The notes under the pieces: model-generated
Databases searched by the model: none
What the model was told of the DNA's origin: nothing
Seen by the model: the letters and a program-made list of their open reading frames with translations, nothing else
In this document: piece after piece, positions 1 through 8,398 of the stretch
How the letters are laid out: every line of letters begins with the position of its first letter
Numbering within the stretch: the first letter of the stretch is position 1
Translations under genes and position numbers: made by a program
NCBI GenBank assembly: GCA_963822965.1
Contig: CAWGJT010000009.1
Location: forward strand, 192,001 to 256,000
Direction: 5' to 3'
DNA length: 64,000 bases
Source of the DNA: an uncultured delta proteobacterium
Lineage (GTDB): Bacteria; Myxococcota_A; UBA9160; UBA4427

Positions 1-1
1 T

Positions 2-1087
2 CGGGGCGCGGAAGCGCAGGCGGTCCCGGTCTCGCGCGGCCCGATAGGCGTCCCGGGCCTCCCCGGGCCGGCCCGCCTCCTCCTCCAGACGCCCCAGCGC
101 GAACCAGGCCTCCCCGGCGTCCGGGTCGAGCTCGAGCAGCCGCGACAGCTCGGTCCGCTGCGCATCCACGTCCCCGGCGGCGTGAGCGCGCTCGAAGGCC
201 TGCCAGATCCTTCCCCAGACCTCCGGGTCGACGTCCGCCGCCGGACCGCCGGCGAAGGGCGGCTGGTCCTTCTCGTTGCTCACCAACGTGGCGACGTAGA
301 CGGGGATCCCCGCCTGCTGGTAGCGGCGCAGGATCTCGTCCAGGTTCGCCTCGAGCTGCGCCACGCCCCGCTGGTAGGCCGGAGATCCGTAGTCGATGAG
401 CGAGCCCGCAGCCGCGCGGGCGAAGAGCGAGGCGCGGTCCGGGGGGCCACCGCCTTGGATCGCCGTCCGCAGGGACGTCACGGCGGCGTGGATCACCTGG
501 TAGACGCGGAGCCGGCGGAGCTTCAGGTAGAGCAACGTCGCTTCGCGAGAGCTGCGGGAGGTGAGCGCGGAGCCGACGCCGAGGACGCCCAGGTACTCGT
601 TGTGCCCGGCGTAGACGAGAACCGCGTCCGGCTCGATCTCGATGATCTCGTCGACCAGGTCGAGCAGGGTGTACGAATTCACCGCGGCCATCGCCGTCGT
701 GATCACTTCGATCTTCTTCTGTGGAAGGTCGGCTTCGAGGCGGTCGCCCAGCATGCCGGCCACACCCGCCCATCGGCCATAGGGGAAGCCCGCCGCCGTG
801 GAGCCCCCCTGGACCACGATCCGGTAGACGTCGGGTGGCTTCTCCGCGAGGAACGGAATGGGCTCGATGACCGCGGAGACCTGCACGGCTCCCGCGGCGT
901 AGCGCTGGATCACGTCGGGGCTCGCCTGGCGATAGCCCGGCATCCCCGGCGCATCGACGAAGAGGGGATGGCTGCCGCCGATTCCGAGCAGGCGCAGCGC
1001 GAGCTCGGCGACCACGAAGAAGACGAGCGGCACGAACGCGGTGGCGACGGCGAAGAGCCGACGGCGGGAGGCCGACGGCACGGCCAC
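2..1087 (-). CDS. SGNH/GDSL hydrolase-like protein with N-terminal TM helix and C-terminal TPR (runs off window start)
   Basis: Manual translation (absent from the ORF track): VAVPSASRRRLFAVATAFVPLVFFVVAELALRLLG...YRIVVQGGSTAAGFPYG...AMAAVNSY...LVYAGHNEYLG (SGNH blocks), then TPR-like LLELDPDAGEAWFALGRLEE. GTG start at 1087 is tentative. Confidence 0.8.
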   Translation of the reverse strand, partial: MAVPSASRRRLFAVATAFVPLVFFVVAELALRLLGIGGSHPLFVDAPGMPGYRQASPDVIQRYAAGAVQVSAVIEPIPFLAEKPPDVYRIVVQGGSTAAGFPYGRWAGVAGMLGDRLEADLPQKKIEVITTAMAAVNSYTLLDLVDEIIEIEPDAVLVYAGHNEYLGVLGVGSALTSRSSREATLLYLKLRRLRVYQVIHAAVTSLRTAIQGGGPPDRASLFARAAAGSLIDYGSPAYQRGVAQLEANLDEILRRYQQAGIPVYVATLVSNEKDQPPFAGGPAADVDPEVWGRIWQAFERAHAAGDVDAQRTELSRLLELDPDAGEAWFALGRLEEEAGRPGEARDAYRAARDRDRLRFRAP

Positions 1088-1230
1088 CCCCGCGCGCCCT
1101 CCTGCTCTGCCGGCATGCGAGACCCCTTCGCTGGGAGAGTCGGCATCCTGTCATCGCAGAAGCCCGAAATTCAAGCGGGGCGGACCCGCGGAGGGGCGCG
1201 CCGCGAGTGCGATATGCTGGTCGTCCGCCC

Positions 1231-3206
1231 ATGATGCGCCCGCTCGCTCGCGCACGATCCGGATCCACCGCCTCCGCGCATGACCGGTCCCGACCCGCCG
1301 CGCGGCGCCCGGGGCGGGCGAGGGCACCCATCCTGCTCGGGTTCGCGCTGCTCGTCCTGGTGCTGGGAATCGACTTCCATCTCGACGTCCGCGCGCGCGA
1401 CGCCTTCTCGTGGATGGACCCCTACCAGTACTACGACTTCGCGCGTGGGAGTCCTGGCGGGCCGCGAGCGCCTCGGCCGACTTCGAGGTGGCGTCCGATC
1501 TTCCCGTTGCTTCGTGGTCCCCTTCCTGGCGTGAGCGCCAGCATCCCGTCCGCACTGTGGGCCGAGTTCGCCGCCCTGCTTCTGCTGCTTCTGGAGCGTG
1601 CACGCCCTCTGCGGCGAGCTGTCGGTCTGCGGACGCCGTCTCCCGGGGTCGCGGCGCTCGTCGCGTCGTCCCCCTGCTCATCGGACTCTCACGAACCCTC
1701 TACGTCGAGCTCACCCTCTCCGCCCTGGTGTCCACGGCTTCGTGCTGTGGCTGCGCCTGCTGCGCGAACCCCGGACTGGCGGTCGGCTTGCCCTTCGCCG
1801 GCGGTCGTGGCCGGCGGGCTGCTCACGAAGACGACCTTCCCGCTCTTCCTGTTCGCCCCGGTGGCGGCCGCCGTCTGGGAGCGAGTCGCGATCCGGCGAG
1901 ACCGCGAGGCATTGGTGTTGGCGGCGGCGAGCCTCGTCCCGATCGCCCTCGTCCTGCTCGTGTAGGCCAGCTTCCTTCCGCGCTCGTTCGACTACCTGCT
2001 GAGCCTCGGCAACACGGCGATCCCCGAGATGCGCCTGATCGGACCCGTCGAGCGCGGACTCGCTGGCGTCGCTCATGCTTCTACTTCCTCGAGATCGGGC
2101 GCACGATGCTCTTCGCGCTCACTCCCCTGCTGGTGCTCGCGGCGCTTTCAATCCCTGCGAAGCCTCGCCCGGACGAGACGGCCTACCGCGTCGTCTCCAC
2201 GCGCGGTGCTGTGGCTGTGGCTCCTGGGGCCCGTCACGCTGCTCGTCCTGCAGCCCGTCAAGGAGCCCCGGCACGTCGCGCCCTGCGTGGTGCCCGCCGT
2301 GCTGCTCGCCGTGATGGCGATCGAGGCGGTACCGCGTCGCGCATGGCGGCGGGGCCTGCTGGCCGCCGGCCTTCGCCGGCGCGGCGCTGCAGTTCTTCGC
2401 CGTGACCGACACGGGCTCGAGACGCCCTACTTCCTCGACCGAGCCATCCACCTGGATGCCCTCGACTCGCGCGATGACGCATGCGAGCGACGCCGGACGC
2501 TACGCGGCACGCCGCCGGCCCTGCGTGCCCTGCACTGGAAGTACGACCACAGCTTCGCGCTCGTGGGATTCCCGGCCGAACGAGGCCCTGGCAATGACCT
2601 GGTGGGCGTTCCCGGGCGTGGCCTACGACCTGGAGACCTTCGACGATCCGCGGGGGTTCCCGGTGGCGGTGCCCGGCGGGCGCTTCGAGGATCCCTGGCT
2701 GCTCGCGGCATTCGACACCTACAACCTGCGCTGTGGATGGCACGGATACGTCCACGATCTCCCCCGCGACGAGGTCTGGTCGCCAACGCCGACTTCGTCC
2801 TCTGGAACGCCGGACATGCCGGTCCCCGAGCCCGGGCCGCTTTCCGGGTCATCGGCTGGTCCGAGACGATCGAGCGCAGCCCGGCTGGATCCACGTGCTG
2901 CGACGGATCGGCGACGGCAGCTCCCTGCGCGTCCGTTCGGCAAGGCGCTACCTGGAGCGACATCCGCAGCTCTCCCCGGAGGAGAGAGCGGTCGTCGCTC
3001 GCGAGCTGCGGATGGCGGCGGGACTCGGCGAAGGCGGCGCGCGAGTCGGGGACCGGTCGCGCGAGCTCTCCCGGCAGGGGCCAGACGGTCGCCCCCCGCG
3101 CAACATCTACTGGGTCGGGGGCTACGAGGCGCTCGAACGCCTCTCCGCGGAGCGGATCCGGTCGGGGGCGGGTTCACGCTCGGGAGGGAGACCGGCGACG
3201 CGCTAG
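1231..3206 (+). CDS. Polytopic membrane protein, ArnT/PMT (GT-C)-like glycosyltransferase, multiply frameshifted
   Basis: Pieces in different frames: LLGFALLVLVLG..WMDPYQYYDFAR; LLIGLSRTLYVELTL; GGLLTKTTFPLFLFAP; VKEPRHVAPCVVPAVLL; C-terminal PPRNIYWVGGY. At least 8 frame changes. Confidence 0.55.
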
Positions 3207-3214
3207 CGCTGCGC

Positions 3215-3928
3215 TCAGCCCAGGGGCTGAAGGGCCAGGGTGACGCATTCCTGCAGCCGTTCCGGGTGACGCTCGAGGTACTGGGGGCCCACCTCCGGAC
3301 CGTCCACCAGATCGTTGTGATAGATCAGATCGAGGCCCGCCCAGCGCTGGAACCACAGACGACCGTCGGGTGTGTAGACCTGGACGTGGAGCGACAGGGC
3401 CGGAACCCGCTCCTCGAGCATCGACGACTTGTTGCGGGCCCCCACCACGCGCTGGACGCCGTCCCAACGCGCGAGATCGCCCTCGACGTGCGCCTCGCGG
3501 TAGCCCAGGGACGGCATTACGAGCAGGTCGAAACGAGCTTCGGTGCGGAGGTTGCGAACGAAGGTGCCCGACACCACCTCGAGGGTCGCGGCGTCCGGCC
3601 GGATGCTGCGGACCGTGCCCACGGTCCGGTTCCAGAGGAGGACCGCGTCGTCCACGGCCAGGAAGGCGACCTCCGCGCCTCCGGCCTGGAGCCGAGCGAC
3701 GAGCTCCTCCTGCACGGGCTCCACGACGGACTCGAGCCCGACGGCCAGCGCCACCGACAGGTTCGCCGGGACCACGATGACGCGCGGATGGCCGCTTGCG
3801 ACGGCTTCCTGCCGCCGCTCCGCGGTGATGCGGGCGGCGCTGCAGCCGACCACCACGACACACGACAGCGCGACGAGCAGCCGCCCGAGCCGTCGAGTCG
3901 CGGATCCTCCGGAGCGCGCGCTCCGCAA
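3215..3928 (-). CDS. Hypothetical lipoprotein
   Basis: 237-aa ORF with a hydrophobic leader ending VVVGC (lipobox-like) and normal codon usage. Confidence 0.7.
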   Translation of the reverse strand: MRSARSGGSATRRLGRLLVALSCVVVVGCSAARITAERRQEAVASGHPRVIVVPANLSVALAVGLESVVEPVQEELVARLQAGGAEVAFLAVDDAVLLWNRTVGTVRSIRPDAATLEVVSGTFVRNLRTEARFDLLVMPSLGYREAHVEGDLARWDGVQRVVGARNKSSMLEERVPALSLHVQVYTPDGRLWFQRWAGLDLIYHNDLVDGPEVGPQYLERHPERLQECVTLALQPLG

Positions 3929-3931
3929 GCC

Positions 3932-4219
3932 TCAGAAATCCCCGAGCGAGCGGGCGAAGGTGTACTCGGCGGGCGCCTGGACGAAGGTCTCCCAGGCCTC
4001 GTCGATCCGCAGCGCGGCGCCGGAGACCGGCGCGCTGCACACGAAGAGCGCAAAGCCCGAGACGGTCCCCAGCGCGCCCAGCGGCCGCAGGACCAGCGCG
4101 TCGAAGATGCGGTCTCCCAGGGGCCACTCCGTCCGCGCCGCCGCCTCGGCGCTGGCGGCCCCCGCGAAGAGCAGCAGCGCGGCGAGGACGAGCGCCGCCG
4201 GAAGGCGAGTGCGGAGCAT
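3932..4219 (-). CDS. Small secreted/membrane helical-hairpin protein (D-x-x-V-x-RPL...LGDF family), paralog of 63000-63329
   Basis: MLRTRLPAALVLAALLLFAGAASA signal, then DALVLRPLGALGTVSGFALF...YTFARSLGDF. GGAGG lies upstream. Confidence 0.8.
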   Translation of the reverse strand: MLRTRLPAALVLAALLLFAGAASAEAAARTEWPLGDRIFDALVLRPLGALGTVSGFALFVCSAPVSGAALRIDEAWETFVQAPAEYTFARSLGDF

Positions 4220-4385
4220 GGCTCGTGCCACCGATCCTCCTTCGTGCGGGCCCCCGACCCGGCTCGTTCCAGACCGGGGATGCACGCCCGACCGCCGGTC
4301 AGCCCGGGCGGCGCGTGGGGATCCGCACGGGCACTCTAGCATCTGCAATGGCCGGCTCCCCGGAAGGCCGCGACCGTGCGTGCCC

Positions 4386-4427
4386 GAAAAGCAGGAGGGG
4401 CCGACGGCGTCCCTCCGTCGGCCCCTC
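4386..4427 (-). terminator. Rho-independent terminator after the tandem IPTL-CTERM-like genes
   Basis: Perfect 13-bp stem GAGGGGCCGACGG/CCGTCGGCCCCTC (4395-4427) with 7-nt loop, followed on the minus strand by CTGCTTTT. Confidence 0.8.
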
Positions 4428-4460
4428 GCGTCGTCCGCTGGATGCGACCGCGAAGCCCGC

Positions 4461-5538
4461 CTAGAACCTCCGGCGCAGCACGTAGCCGCCGCCGATCACC
4501 AGCATCGAGCCCAGGGCCACGATGCCCGTGGGGGACAGGGCCGGCGTCAGCTGACTGCTGGCGATGTCCATCGTCACCATGTCCAGGTTGCCGAAGCTGA
4601 GACCCGACGTGAGCCGGTGCGACAGGCCACCCGCCACCATCGTGATGGTGCCCCGACCGTTCGGCGTGCGGTTGTCCGAGCCCGTCAGCGTGATCGTCGT
4701 CGGGGCGTTCATCGTCGTCACGCCCCCCGGCACCTGCACCTGCACCGCACCCGTCGTCCACGGGAAGCCCGTGTTCAGGTTGACGTCCGGCGTCCCCATG
4801 CCCGTGATGTTGCCCGGCGCACCGATCAGACCGTTCGCCGTGAACGTCGCACCCGTCGTGATCTCCGCCGCCAGCAGCACGTTCGAGTCGGTGTTCGCGT
4901 AGGCACCGCCCAGCTCCTGCGCTCCCGCGCCGGCGATGGCGTCGTGGCGGATGCGCAGGGGCGAGCCGCCCAGGGACACCGCCGTCTCGCCGGAGCCCTG
5001 GATGAGCATCTGCATGGTGCCGCCGAAGCGGTTCGGGCCCGCCGTGTAGCGCACGATGCCCGGCTTGGTGCCGTCGTTGCCGCCCACCGCCGGCGTCGCG
5101 CAGGCCGGATTGTTCAGCGCGCCCGGGCAGTAGCTGAAGTTCGGCGCCAGCCGCGCCGTCGTCCCCGTCTGGCGCAGCACGCCCGAAGCACCGGGACCGT
5201 TCAGCGCGAAGGCCGTCGTCACCTGGATGACGTTGCCGCCGTTGCCGGCCCCCAACAGACCCGAGAGAGCCGCCTGCAGCGGAACCGCACGCGCCGTGTC
5301 CAGCTGGAACACGCCCGGCGGCACCGTGATCGTCGCCGGACCCGTCCCCACCTTCGTCACGTTGACGAAGCCCGAGCCGGGAATGTGGGGATCGCCGAGC
5401 CCCAGCACCGCCTGGTTCGCACCGCCCAGCGCCACGATGTACAGCGGAATGTTCACCGAGCCGCGCCGCTGCAGCCATTCGCCCGACATCCGCAGCTGCC
5501 CCGCGCTGGCCAGACCCGCGCCGAGAAGGAGCGCCGCC
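4461..5538. repeat. ~1.08 kb near-identical direct repeat, copy a (partner 6912-7989)
   Basis: Copies 1 and 3 match almost base for base over the mature region (offset 2451). Differences cluster at ~4881-4930 vs ~7332-7381. Confidence 0.9.
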
Positions 5539-5597
5539 GCCGCAAGAGCGGCCACGATTGCAGAGCCTCGTTTCACCGACCTGCCCGTCCTCGACAT
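4461..5597 (-). CDS. Secreted Gly/Thr-rich surface protein with IPTL-CTERM-like sorting tail, copy 1 (378 aa)
   Basis: Signal peptide ending GLASA/GQ. C-terminus LTPALSPTGIVALGSMLVIGGGYVLRRRF (motif, TM helix, basic tail). Purine-rich RBS before ATG 5597. Confidence 0.85.
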   Translation of the reverse strand: MSRTGRSVKRGSAIVAALAAAALLLGAGLASAGQLRMSGEWLQRRGSVNIPLYIVALGGANQAVLGLGDPHIPGSGFVNVTKVGTGPATITVPPGVFQLDTARAVPLQAALSGLLGAGNGGNVIQVTTAFALNGPGASGVLRQTGTTARLAPNFSYCPGALNNPACATPAVGGNDGTKPGIVRYTAGPNRFGGTMQMLIQGSGETAVSLGGSPLRIRHDAIAGAGAQELGGAYANTDSNVLLAAEITTGATFTANGLIGAPGNITGMGTPDVNLNTGFPWTTGAVQVQVPGGVTTMNAPTTITLTGSDNRTPNGRGTITMVAGGLSHRLTSGLSFGNLDMVTMDIASSQLTPALSPTGIVALGSMLVIGGGYVLRRRF

Positions 5598-5689
5598 CCC
5601 GCTCCCTTCTCCTCGTCCTGTTGTCGGCTCATCGCCGGCTCCCGCGTCCGATCCTGGCTCGCCCTGGGGGCGGGACCCTCCCCGATCGT

Positions 5690-6823
5690 TCAAAAGCGCC
5701 GGCGCAGCACGTAGCCGCCGCCGAGCACCAGCATCGAGCCCAGCGCAACGAATCCCATGGGCGACAGGGACGGCGTGAGCTGGCTGCTCGCGATGTCCAG
5801 CGTCACCTGGTCGAGGTTGCCGAAGGTGAGACCCGAGGTCAGCCGGTGCGACAGGCCACCCGCCACCATGGTGATCGTGCCGCGACCGTTCGCCGTGCGC
5901 TTGTCCGAGCCGGTCACCGTGATGGTGGTCGGCGCGTTCATGGTGGTCACGCCGCCGGGCACCAGCACCTGCACCTGGCCGGTGGTCCACGGGAAGCCGG
6001 TGTTCAGGTCGACGTCGGGCGTGCCCATGCCCGTCACGGTTCCCGGCGCACCGATCAGGCCATTCGCCGTGAAGGTCGCGCCCGTCGTGATGTCGGCCGC
6101 CTGCAGCACGTCCGAGCCGGTGTTCGCGTACGCGCCGCCCTGCCCCTGGGGCGCGAGGCCGCCACCGACGATCTCGTCGTGCCGGATGCGCAGGGGCGAG
6201 CCGCCCAGGGACACCGCCACCTCACCGCCGCCGGTGATCAGCATCTGCATCGTGCCGCCGAAGCGGTTCGGACCGGCCGTGTAGCGGACGCGGCCGGGCT
6301 TGGTGCCGTCGTTGCCGCCCACCGCCGGCGTCGCGCACGACGGATTGTTCGCCGCACCCGGGCAGTATGCGAAGTTCGGGGCGAGTCGATCGGTGGTCGC
6401 GGTCTGCTTGAACACGCCCGACGCGGCCGGCCCGTTCAGGCTGAACTGCGTCGTCACCTGGATCACGTTGCCACCGTTGCCGGCACCCAGCAGATTCGAG
6501 AGCGCGGCCTGCAGCGGAACGGCACGGGCGGTATTCAGGTGGAAGACGTTCGGCGGCACGGTGAACGTTGCCGGCCCCGAGCCCATGACGGTGACGTTCA
6601 CGAAGCCCGAGCCCGGGATGTCCGGCTTGGCGAGTCCCAGGGCCCCGGGATTCGCCGGCCCCAGCGCCACGATGTAGAGCGGAATGTTCACGGCGCCCCG
6701 CCGCTGGAGCCACTGACCGGACATGCGCAGCTGCCCTGCGCTGGCGAGACCCGCTCCCAGGACCAGCACCAGTGCCGCCATGGCGGCGCCCAGCCTTCCG
6801 AACCCACCGTTCCGCATCTTCAT
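5690..6823 (-). CDS. Secreted Gly/Thr-rich surface protein with IPTL-CTERM-like tail, copy 2 (377 aa, more diverged)
   Basis: MKMRNGG...GLASA/GQLRMSGQW. C-terminus LTPSLSPMGFVALGSMLVLGGGYVLRRRF. GGAGG RBS. Confidence 0.85.
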   Translation of the reverse strand: MKMRNGGFGRLGAAMAALVLVLGAGLASAGQLRMSGQWLQRRGAVNIPLYIVALGPANPGALGLAKPDIPGSGFVNVTVMGSGPATFTVPPNVFHLNTARAVPLQAALSNLLGAGNGGNVIQVTTQFSLNGPAASGVFKQTATTDRLAPNFAYCPGAANNPSCATPAVGGNDGTKPGRVRYTAGPNRFGGTMQMLITGGGEVAVSLGGSPLRIRHDEIVGGGLAPQGQGGAYANTGSDVLQAADITTGATFTANGLIGAPGTVTGMGTPDVDLNTGFPWTTGQVQVLVPGGVTTMNAPTTITVTGSDKRTANGRGTITMVAGGLSHRLTSGLTFGNLDQVTLDIASSQLTPSLSPMGFVALGSMLVLGGGYVLRRRF

Positions 6824-6911
6824 CGTCTTCCTCCCCCGATCGTTCTCAGGTTTGCGCACCATTCTCAGGTCCGGGGTCGGCTCACACCTCGAGCCGCCCG
6901 GCAGGTCGCGT

Positions 6912-7989
6912 CTAGAATCTCCGGCGCAGCGCGTAGCCGCCGCCGATCACCAGCATCGAGCCCAGGGCCACGATGCCCATGGGGGACAGGGCCGGCGTCA
7001 GCTGACTGCTGGCGATGTCCATCGTCACCATGTCCAGGCTGCCGAAGCTGAGACCCGACGTGAGCCGGTGCGACAGGCCGCCCGCCACCATCGTGATGGT
7101 GCCCCGACCGTTCGGCGTGCGGTTGTCCGAGCCCGTCAGCGTGATCGTCGTCGGGGCGTTCATCGTCGTCACGCCCCCCGGTACCTGCACCTGCACCGCA
7201 CCCGTCGTCCACGGGAAGCCCGTGTTCAGGTTGACGTCCGGCGTCCCCATGCCCGTGATGTTGCCCGGCGCACCGATCAGACCGTTCGCCGTGAACGTCG
7301 CACCCGTCGTGATCTCCGCCGCCAGCAGCACGTCCGACGCGGTGTTCGCGTAGGCGCCACCCACGTCCTGGGGTCCCGCACCGGCGATGGCGTCGTGGCG
7401 GATGCGCAGGGGCGAGCCGCCCAGGGACACCGCCGTCTCGCCGGAGCCCTGGATGAGCATCTGCATGGTGCCGCCGAAGCGGTTCGGGCCCGCCGTGTAG
7501 CGCACGATGCCCGGCTTGGTGCCGTCGTTGCCGCCCACCGCCGGCGTCGCGCAGGCCGGATTGTTCAGCGCGCCCGGGCAGTAGCTGAAGTTCGGCGCCA
7601 GCCGCGCCGTCGTCCCCGTCTGGCGCAGCACGCCCGAAGCACCGGGACCGTTCAGCGCGAAGGCCGTCGTCACCTGGATGACGTTGCCGCCGTTGCCGGC
7701 CCCCAGCAGACCCGAGAGAGCCGCCTGCAGCGGAACCGCACGCGCCGTGTCCAGCTGGAACACGCCCGGCGGCACCGTGATCGTCGCCGGACCCGTCCCC
7801 ACCTTCGTCACGTTGACGAAGCCCGAGCCGGGAATGTGGGGATCGCCGAGCCCCAGCACCGCCTGGTTCGCACCGCCCAGCGCCACGATGTACAGCGGAA
7901 TGTTCACCGAGCCGCGCCGCTGCAGCCATTCGCCCGACATCCGCAGCTGCCCCGCGCTGGCCAGACCCGCGCCGAGAAGGAGCGCCGCC
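6912..7989. repeat. ~1.08 kb near-identical direct repeat, copy b (partner 4461-5538)
   Basis: Direct nucleotide comparison with 4461-5538. Confidence 0.9.
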
Positions 7990-8033
7990 ATCACGGCCAT
8001 GGCAAGAACGTTCCCGCAGCGGCGAATACTCAT
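6912..8033 (-). CDS. Secreted Gly/Thr-rich surface protein with IPTL-CTERM-like tail, copy 3 (373 aa, first in operon)
   Basis: MSIRRCGNVLAMAVMAALLLGAGLASA/GQ. C-terminus LTPALSPMGIVALGSMLVIGGGYALRRRF. Confidence 0.85.
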   Translation of the reverse strand: MSIRRCGNVLAMAVMAALLLGAGLASAGQLRMSGEWLQRRGSVNIPLYIVALGGANQAVLGLGDPHIPGSGFVNVTKVGTGPATITVPPGVFQLDTARAVPLQAALSGLLGAGNGGNVIQVTTAFALNGPGASGVLRQTGTTARLAPNFSYCPGALNNPACATPAVGGNDGTKPGIVRYTAGPNRFGGTMQMLIQGSGETAVSLGGSPLRIRHDAIAGAGPQDVGGAYANTASDVLLAAEITTGATFTANGLIGAPGNITGMGTPDVNLNTGFPWTTGAVQVQVPGGVTTMNAPTTITLTGSDNRTPNGRGTITMVAGGLSHRLTSGLSFGSLDMVTMDIASSQLTPALSPMGIVALGSMLVIGGGYALRRRF

Positions 8034-8242
8034 GTGGACCCCTTCTCGAGCCCGCGGCCCGGGCTCGGTCGTGCTCGCTTGGCAGCTCTGTGTGCGGCTC
8101 GCAACCCGCGGCTCGGCTTGGCTCGCGGATCGGATCCCCTTCACCGGGGTTCTTCGCCTGGCCGCGTCCGAGTCGCTGGAGAACCCAAAGGCACCGATAA
8201 ATGTGGTTTACCGCGTGCTTAGAGCACCCGGGAAGGGGTATG

Positions 8243-8258
8243 TGCAATCGCTGTGCCG
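8243..8258 (-). promoter_or_regulatory. Sigma-54 (-24/-12) promoter for the IPTL-CTERM-like operon
   Basis: Minus strand CGGCACAGCGATTGCA = GG-N10-GC, close to the TGGCAC-N5-TTGCA consensus. Confidence 0.7.
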
Positions 8259-8284
8259 CGTTCCGTGATCGGGGTTCAGAGTGC

Positions 8285-8297
8285 CAACCCACTGATT
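8285..8297 (-). promoter_or_regulatory. Putative IHF-binding site between enhancer and sigma-54 promoter
   Basis: Minus strand AATCAGTGGGTTG matches WATCARNNNNTTR. Confidence 0.45.
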
Positions 8298-8353
8298 TTG
8301 GTGGGGTTGCTCCAGGTGGGGTCGGGGACGGGCCGCAGCGTTCCCTACCGCGA

Positions 8354-8388
8354 AGAAAAGAGTTTCCCATTCGCGGAAGTTGCTTTCT
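8354..8388. promoter_or_regulatory. Tandem GGAA-N6-TTCC-like palindromes (candidate enhancer/UAS)
   Basis: AGAA-AAGAGT-TTCC (8354-8367) and GGAA-GTTGCT-TTCT (8375-8388), 21-bp pitch. The same arrangement occurs at 46215-46249. Confidence 0.55.
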
Positions 8389-8398
8389 CCGAGGCCCC

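Noticed and set aside
182..1234. 350-aa plus-strand ORF
   Set aside because: Antisense shadow of the minus-strand SGNH/TPR gene, which the ORF track omits because it runs off the window.
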